DNA of 64,000 nucleotides from Hormiphora californensis (lineage: Eukaryota; Animalia; Ctenophora), in NCBI GenBank assembly GCA_020137815.1, contig CM035356.1, positions 2,418,001 through 2,482,000 on the forward strand. The letters are read 5' to 3'. The notes under the pieces are model-generated. The model saw nothing but the letters and a program-made list of their open reading frames with translations, was not told the origin of the DNA and did not search any database. Below are positions 56,216 through 64,000 of the stretch, one piece after another; within the stretch, counting starts at the first letter, position 1, and each line of letters opens with the position of its first letter. Position numbers and translations under genes: made by a program.

Positions 56216-59200
56216 CTAGAAGGTTATATCCTCCACATAGTCAGCATCACCGACACTATCTACAGAAATAGTGTGGTCCGAGGTCAACATGGAGTCGTCA
56301 GCCGTCGCAGGGCCACCCTGGGGGGACGAGAGGGAGTTGTTTAAAAAACATTAATAAAGAGTAAGTGGGATCTGTCAGAGCATTGGCCTGACCATATATA
56401 TTCTCATTTCTTTTTGGAGCGCACGAGAACTGTGGTCAGAGCATCGGCATGATAGAGTGGAATAGATAGCGGGTGGAATCTAGGTACTATTATTTTCTTA
56501 TTGTCCATTATTAAGTAAGATTTCATTGTATGGGATGATCCCGGCCACTTAGATCATATTGTACTGATCACGTACTGATATTATAAACAGGGTCCTGCTC
56601 GCATACAGGGACTAGAGAGGGCCAATAGTTTGAACTTGGATGGCCGGAGGATGGGAGAGGAAACGGAATGACGTGGAAAAACATGGAGAATCTAAAATTT
56701 AGAATTAGTCTTCATCCTAACCGACTATTGAAGGGCATTATTATCCAAGACAAATACTAGTGAATTAATATATCCCAAATCTAGTGAACATGGAATTTCT
56801 TCCGCAGACCATATTACGACATGCATAATAACCTAAGTAGATTATTACTGATATATGTTTATTTGCACACATATTCGGGCATGGGCCTAGCCCCTAGGAT
56901 ATTAACCAAATTTAAGCCGGTTTCGGGTCGGATAACGTAAAAACTCCGCGTTTTGATCGAGATTTTATCCTTATGCAGAGAATAGTTCGAAATACTAGAA
57001 GGCAACTAGAGAAATTTCACCGTATATGCACCTTGATATGGTAACTGTTCTTGGAAACTCGTATCCGAATAACAGAACCGCGATCTATGCTGGTTTTGAT
57101 TTTGAATTTTGATTTCGTGTTGTGACCCCTATAAATATAGTTGTTAAAGCCATGTTATTCTACTGGACGTTCACTGAGTTATGCCCAACGTGTGCTGAAC
57201 ACTAGCTAGCCGAGTAGTTACCGGAGTAGTTACCCGTTCTATTATAGCTACGTAGTACTATATTCTTGTTATGTTCTAACCCTCCATTACATTTGTAAAA
57301 GAGGGTTGTTTTGCCGTGCGGGGCGCGGTGAAATAGGGCCGAGCAAGGCAACTGTATACCTTGTCTGTGGTAATCTTTCCAGAGGTCTGTAGGAGATCAT
57401 CAATATCAGATGTTACATCTTCAGTAGCTACACTTGCCTCAAAATCATCCTCATCATACATCTTATCGGTTGGAGTTTCTATAAAGAAAGATGGGGTTAG
57501 ATATTGTTGAGTATCATCAGCTGTACGAGCTGTAGCTAGAGAGGGGTTAGCTTGTGTGGAGGGGTAATTTCATTACAGTCGGACCCCGATTTACCGGAAC
57601 CCCGATTTACCGGGAGCATAATCTTCCCCCGAAATAGGAATTTAACAGTATTTGACCCCGATATACCGGGCAGCCCGATTTACCGGGCAAAACCCTTTCC
57701 CCCGAGCATCCCGGTAAATCGGGGTCCGACTGTACCAAAGCTAGAGAGGGGTTATAGATGAGCAGCTGTAGGGGTTTCTAGAGAGGGGTTATAGATGAGC
57801 AGCTGTAGGGGTTTCTAGAGAGGGGTTATAGATGAGCAGCTGTAGGGGTTTCTGGAGAGGGGTTATAGATGAGCAGCTGTAGGGGTTTCTGGAGAGGGGT
57901 TATAGATGAGCAGCTGTAGGGGTTTCTGGAGAGGGGTTATAGATGAGCATCTGTAGGGGTTTCTGGAGAGGGGTTATAGATGAGCAGCTGTAGGGGTTTC
58001 TGGAGAGGGGTTATAGATGAGCAGCTGTAGGGGTTTCTAGGAGAGGGGTTATAGATGAGCAGCTTGTAGGGGTTTCTAGGAGAGGGGTTATAGATGAGCA
58101 GCTGTAGGGGTTTCTGGAGAGGGGTTATAGATGAGCAGCTGTAGGGGTTTCTAGAGAGGGGTTATAGATGAGCAACTGTAGGGGTTTCTAGAGAGGGGTT
58201 ATAGATGAGCAGCTGTAGGGGTTTCTGGAGAGGGGTTATAGATGAGCAGCTGTAGGGGTTTCTAGAGAGGGGTTATAGATGAGCAGTTGTAGGGGTTTCT
58301 AGAGAGGGGTTATAGATGAGCAGCTGTAGGGGTTTCTGGAGAGGGGTTATAGATGAGCAGTTGTAGGGGTTTCTAGGAGAGGGGTTATAGATGAGCATCT
58401 GTAGGGGTTTCTGGAGAGGGGTTATAGATGAGCATCTGTAGGGGTTTCTGGAGAGGGGTTATAGATGAGCAGCTGTAGGGGGTTATACAGATGGAGAGAG
58501 AGAGAGTGGGATTGCGAAAAACGAATACGAGAGAGCAAAATTGAGGAGATTATTCAATTTTAACATGATTGGCCCTCACACTCAAATAGTCCTGAGATAT
58601 AACTCGGTTTGCAAATATTTTCACGTGTACAGTTACTGTATCACCCCCTGATCGTGGCCACTTGTGGTGGAGACTAGACTGGATATGATGCTATTGCTGT
58701 CATGTTGCTCGTGGCCCATATCGTGGTCATTTCGTGCATTTTGTTTTATCAAACCCCAATTCTTGCTAAACATTTTCGTTTTACGGTATCTAAGAAACAC
58801 TTCAGCCCGTTTGGCCCCTCCCTCCCCCTCCCCCATGGCTTAACATGTGTCAATGTTGCTCTCTCCCACCACGCCCCGCCACAAAGGTCCATCATATTTC
58901 CAACTAACTTGTTGGGAAAATGTTCTAGGTAAGTATAACATCCTTCCCAAAAAGTTATTTAGAATCTAACCCACTAATGAGGTTAAAACCCGAAAATGCC
59001 CCACTGAGTTAGTTAGAACTTAAAAGAAAATATGGAGTTAGTAAGAAAAGTTGAGGGACGGTTTGTGGAAAATTCGGTAGAAAGCCCGTAGAAAGTGATA
59101 TTGGATTTGCAGGGGTGGAACTGGAGGAGTAGGTTCACGCCATTAGGAAAAAAGGTAATGGAGGTCGAAGTGATGGCCGTTGATTCAGTGTGTTGGTGTG

Positions 59201-61799
59201 TCCCCGAAGGGGGTAAAATCTCTAAGTATAACTCAAAGTATACGGACCCTACCCCATTTGCACCCAAACAATAAACAAGTAAAGCTGAAATATTTCAGAT
59301 TTTCGAATTTTCCAATCAGCCATGTCCTATCATCTCTATCATGAATGGATATGTGGCGACTAATCGGGGTGATAGAGGTAGAGAATTACATATTATATCA
59401 TATAAGTGTGTGATTACAACTGCTTATGAGCGTGAAAATTAGGTCTATATTGGGTCAAAAATGTATCACCCCGATATACCAGCTGCAACCCCGATTGCCA
59501 ATGTACCGGGCAAAATGGCTTCCCCCGAGCATCCCGGTAAATCGACTGTAGTACCATGCCCCGGTTTAATAATTATGTTGCAACGCTCTCTTTACTACTA
59601 AGTAGTTATCAATATAATAAATCAATCCGGGTAGTATATAACGACTGCAGTACTGTATGCTGGGGGGTGCGACATGTTAATTTTGTTAACTTTGTTAATA
59701 TTAACATCGCGAAAATAGGTGATTTATTAACAAGATTAACAAAACGTTAACAAACGTTAACAAATGCCATTTATGCCATCTAAATCACCTTTAGCGCGTG
59801 TTTTTGGTATTAAACAATTGTTCTGCGAGCAAAGTTGTTCCTTCTGCACGATTTGCACACCCCTACTACCTCTACTACGGCTTTTCTACAGCGATTTGGT
59901 TCATTATGTAAATTTTAATAAAAACTAGCAAAACTAAACCGCAATTGAAGTCAATTGACCCTATAGGGTCCTAATCCACATTTTTCAACCCTAAAAACTA
60001 AATAAGACTCATGATTTTACCTTGAAACAAAAAATATCCCAAAAATCAATTTTCTAAAAAAACACAAGGATTTGTAGCGAAGCAAATTTTCAATCTTTGA
60101 CCAAAAAATTGATTTTGGAAATATTTTCTTTCTTTTTCCAACAGAAACGTTGTGCATCATCTTCTTTCGTCCAAAGAATCGATTATCAATGAAAAATTAC
60201 GTTAAAGTGAGATTTTGTACGCTAAATTGAAATCATTGTGACTTTGGATTTTTATCGATTTTGAGCCAAAAAACATGTATGCCGGACTTTGGTTATCGGA
60301 AGAGGCCTTGTTTGGGTATATTTGTGTTAGATAAGTCATTAAACTATAAAATTAAACCAGTTAAAGAAGTACTCTCAACCAATAAGAACAGTCTTTTAGC
60401 ATTTGTTAACTTTGTTAATTTTGTTAATTAACGTTAATTAACAAAATCGAAAAAAGAGGTGATTTATTAACAATTAACATGTCGTCCCCCCCTGTATGCT
60501 TTAACTTGTTATGTCCTAACCCTTCCTTTATAACGCTCGACCGAAAAGAGCTAGGCAAGCTTTTATAACTTACTTATTCGACCCTCCTTCCCCCGCCCCG
60601 GGGAACAAAACAAGCTTTTATAACTTACTTATTCCAATGTTGTCCAGTTTCTTGCTGAGATCCTTGCATTCATCCTCCCACTCTTTCGTTGACATTCCCC
60701 CATCCTGCAATTGTTGAACTTAACAACAAGCAATGAACTGGGTTATAGTGGATAGTGTGGATAGAGTTATAGAACAAGATCAGGTTTTTAAAGGTAGGGG
60801 TAGCCCCATTCAAAACAATTTGAAACAACCACTTAGAATGAAATATCAAGTAGATCTAGATCATCTCTGGGGTGCGAAAATTCTGTAGGGGTAGTCGGGG
60901 AAAAGGACGAGGACAACTCTTACAGTAGAGTCCCAGTTGAGGGGACTATCAGTGGGGAGGGGCATTGTGAATTTGATAAAAAAACCCAAGGGAGATGAAA
61001 AACTAGTGAAACAGGAATGAATTCAGAAGCTGCAAGTATAACTAAAAATAAAATCCAACCTGTTGACCCTGCCTGCAGCTGCGAGACATGAATACCATTA
61101 TATAATGCAACTGGTTATACATAATTGGTTAGAGGCTTATTATTATACCTCATTGCAGCGATAATTTCAGAAACGTATCAGGATTTTAAGTTTTTACAGG
61201 TAAGGGGGAGTTGTGCGGATCACATCGTATAATGTGATTTCATTTTCCTGATTTTAAAGATCCAAGAATCAGTTACCTTGTCAGTTGGAAGATCCTCCGA
61301 TAGATTCTCAGTAATGTGTTCTGAGATCTGCTCAGAAATTGGGGAATCCTCTCTTTGCGGCTGAAATTGTGTTTGAAAGAAATTTAAAATTGAGTAGATG
61401 AGATCAAAGTTACGAGAGGATTTCTGAGAAAAAGTTGGTGCAATTAAAATCTTTGGTACACGACCTGTTTTGCATTTAGCTGTGTACTACTCATAACCTT
61501 CGCACGATCAGAAAGTTGGGTATGATATCCCCTCGTTTTCTCCCTCCTGTGCTGTCCTCTCACGATGTTGCACACGCTACATTTAGTTAGTTCCCAAAAA
61601 GAGAGGGGACATCGTACCCAACAGAAAGTAACAGGTGTAACTAAATTACCTGTGCAGTGTATTTGTTTAGCATCTCATCAATGGGTTTTCTGTTGCTGAG
61701 GAAGTCCATGCTGTCGTTGACACCTGCAGGAGCTATCACATCGTCCTGGATACTTGTTGGGGAGGCTGATCGGAGGTGGACGTTGTGTCCCGTTACCCG
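56216..61799 (-). CDS. 3' part of a centrosomal CEP43/FGFR1OP(FOP)-like gene (exons 61799-61650, 61360-61277, 60704-60629, 57478-57360, 56317-56216)
   Basis: Phase-consistent exons. The C-terminus DDSMLTSDHTISVDSVGDADYVEDITF* resembles FOP TQDLTVSQLSDVADYLEDVA* from recall. The N-terminal LisH region was not seen (low-quality sequence or off-window). Confidence 0.55.
57576..57732. mobile_element. 157-bp pogo/Tigger-type MITE (partial copy ~59468-59550)
   Basis: TA TSD with CAGTCGGACCCCGATTTACCGG...CCGGTAAATCGGGGTCCGACTG termini. Confidence 0.85.
57741..58490. repeat. 37-bp minisatellite GAGAGGGGTTATAGATGAGCAGCTGTAGGGGTTTCT(A/G), ~20 copies, intronic
   Basis: Head-to-tail units with no spacers. 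Confidence 0.95.
59662..60491. mobile_element. 830-bp Mutator-like MITE
   Basis: 9-bp TSD CTGTATGCT (59653-61, 60492-500), GGGGGG..CGACATGTTAATT termini, GTTAA-rich imperfect TIRs. Confidence 0.75.
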
Positions 61800-61829
61800 C
61801 TGATGAAGGGGGAGAGAGTGAGGGAGAGA

Positions 61830-61878
<49 letters not shown>

Positions 61879-62079
61879 AGCGGAGGATCTGACTTGCATC
61901 TCTGCGTCATACCCCTTACTCGCGTCTTGCTCTCTCTCTCTCTCAGTCTCGTTCTCTTCGTCCTCGCTCTCCCGTTTCTCTCGTCTCCTCTTCTGCTCTC
62001 TCCTTTTCTCTCCCTTTCTCTCTGTCTTCCTTCTCTTTCTGCTTCTCTCTCCCCCTCTCCCGTCCTCTAAAAGGGAAAT

Positions 62080-63400
62080 TTAGAAAAAAAAAAGTTTTTA
62101 CGGGGAAGGGGGAGGGCATAAATTTTGGGGGATTTATTTTTGGGTTTAAGATTTTACCTTGCTTTGGTCCCCGATTAGTTTTCAGTTTTTCTGAGTCGCT
62201 GGGGGGTTCCTCTCTTTCCCGGGGTTTGGGGTTTTTTTTTTTTTTTTAAAAAAATTTTTCCCATTTCCCTTTCTTTTCCGCTTTTTCTTTGCTGGTACTA
62301 ATACCTTCCCCAAAAAAAGTTTTTTTCCCCCTTTTTTCCCCTTTTGTTTCGTTTTCCCGATTTGTTTTTTTTAAAAGGGGGGGACCTTTTTGAATCTAAT
62401 GAACAAAACCGGGGTTTTAAAAATTTTTTAGCTTCCCAAAACCTTTTTTTTCTTTTTTAAACCCTTTTTTGGGGGAAAAAACCCCCCCCTTAAAATTTGG
62501 GGGTTTTTTTGGGGAAAGGGGTTTAGTTTTTTTCCCCCTTTCCCCCCTTTTTTTAAGGGGAAAATGGGGGGGAAAAGGGGGGGGAAAAAAAGGGAAAAAA
62601 AGGGGGAGGTTTTTTGGGGAAAAACAAAAAAATTTGTTTAAAATTACCCGATAAAAGAACTTTTAAAAGTAGGAAAAAAAAATTTTTTTGTGCCAATTTT
62701 TTTAAAAAAGTTTTTCGCGTGGCGAACCAATTCTAATTTACTGATCCTTTTTTAAACCCCCCTCAAGGTTTTTTAAAAAAAATTTTTTTAAAGGGGTAAA
62801 AATTTTAAATTTTTAAATTTTTCAATTGCGGGGGTTTTTTTTAGGGGACCCGGTTTTGGGGGAACCCCGGAAAATGGCTAGTTTTCCCAACTTTTTCTAT
62901 TTTACGGTCCTTTTTTTTTTCCCAATCAAGACGGGAGGGGACCCTAATTTTTTTTTAAAAGGGTTTTAAACCCCCTTTGGCTTTTTTAAACCCTTTTTAG
63001 TAAAAATTTTTTTCCCTTCTCCCCCCCCCTTTCCTCCCTTCCTCTTGCTCCTTTCCCTTCTCCCTTTTCCCCTTTTCCTTCTCTCTCTTCCCGCTCTCCC
63101 CCCTTCTCTCTCCCCTTTTTTCCCCCCTCTCCCCCCTTTCCTCCTCCCCCTCTTTTCCTCTCCTCTCCCCCCTTTTCTTTTTTTCTTCTCTCCTCCTTTT
63201 TTTCCCTTTTTTTTTTTTTTTTTTTTTTAAAAAACCCCCCCTCGACTTTTTCGTAGAATCCCCCAATTTTTGGGGGGCCCCCCCTTTTTTTTAAAAAGGG
63301 GCCCCAAAGAGTGCACTCCCCCTTTCCCCCCCTTTTCCCCTTCTCCATACCTCTTTCTCTTTTTCCTCTTCTCCCCCCCTCTTTTTTTTCAACATGCCAG
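62080..63400. other. Homopolymer-rich, probably low-quality or unpolished sequence
   Basis: Abrupt shift to runs of G/C/A/T homopolymers following an (AG)n/(CT)n tract. Confidence 0.7.
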
Positions 63401-64000
63401 TCTCCTTAAATTTTCCCCCGGTCCATCAGGGGGTTCTTATAGTATTATTATTAGCCACACCCTATTTGGGACTACTATTCGAGCGTCATAGTCCTTGCGG
63501 CTTGCAGTATTCAGGTCTTTGGGGATGACTACCGTAAACGTAGTAATTATAAAGATTAATAAAAATTGCAGCTCTAGTCCCTAGATGAACTTGTCTATTA
63601 AAAAACAATTTTGCAACTTGCCTAAATTGTATCGTTTTGTCTTTTAAAATTTAAAAACTGTTAAAAATGAGGGGGACAGAGGAAAAGGAGGGGGGGGGTC
63701 TATATGACGATTGCAGGTGCAATGCAGGTATAAAGCCCCCCCCCCCCCTTCGGCCCTTCCTCCCCTCATTAACAGTTTGAAGCCGTGACTGACGAGTTCT
63801 TCTTTATATTCAGAGGAGCTGGAAGAGGGACGATGTTGGTAAAATAATTAATGGAGAACACAGTTTTCTAGGCATACCCTTTTTTACTATTTCCAAGAAA
63901 CTGCAATTTATACCCAGTAAAGGGATATATAGGCTTGGGGCACTCGGGCAGTATAAAAGTTAGAAACTTGTACTTTGTAGCGTCGAACATAGAACAGTAT

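Noticed and set aside
57741-58490. CRISPR-like array (37-bp repeats); the 32-bp array likewise
   Set aside because: Units are head-to-tail with no unique spacers, there are no cas genes, and the context is eukaryotic.
62469-63491. K/G/F/P-rich ORFs
   Set aside because: They lie in homopolymer-rich, probably erroneous sequence.

Overview
Eukaryotic (animal) genomic DNA with compact GT-AG introns and CTAAC/CTGAC-type branch points. A ctenophore-like origin is my inference only, not shown. I reconstructed 11 protein-coding loci by hand with phase-consistent splice sites: AP4B1 (5' part, -), CRYZL1-like (-), intronless CCDC180 (+), two orphan genes (+), M1AP (+), a 92-aa secreted 4-Cys peptide (-), an OATP/SLCO transporter (-), a ~1.2-kaa disordered orphan (+), an atypical cytochrome P450 (+) and the 3' part of a CEP43/FGFR1OP-like gene (-). 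Highlights: (1) an operon-like run CCDC180-orphan-orphan-M1AP with 175-258 bp spacers, a splice acceptor 0-10 nt before each ATG (SL trans-splicing signature) and four RFX X-boxes at exact 21-bp spacing upstream. (2) Four large non-autonomous elements that are almost entirely inverted repeat, each with a different TSD (CTATA, TTAA, 9 bp, TA), including a 5-kb foldback carrying an asymmetric 32-bp minisatellite with an 864-bp higher-order repeat. (3) A P450 whose I-helix AGxET reads IAREF. The long ORFs in tandem repeats are artefacts, and ~62.1-63.4 kb looks like low-quality sequence.
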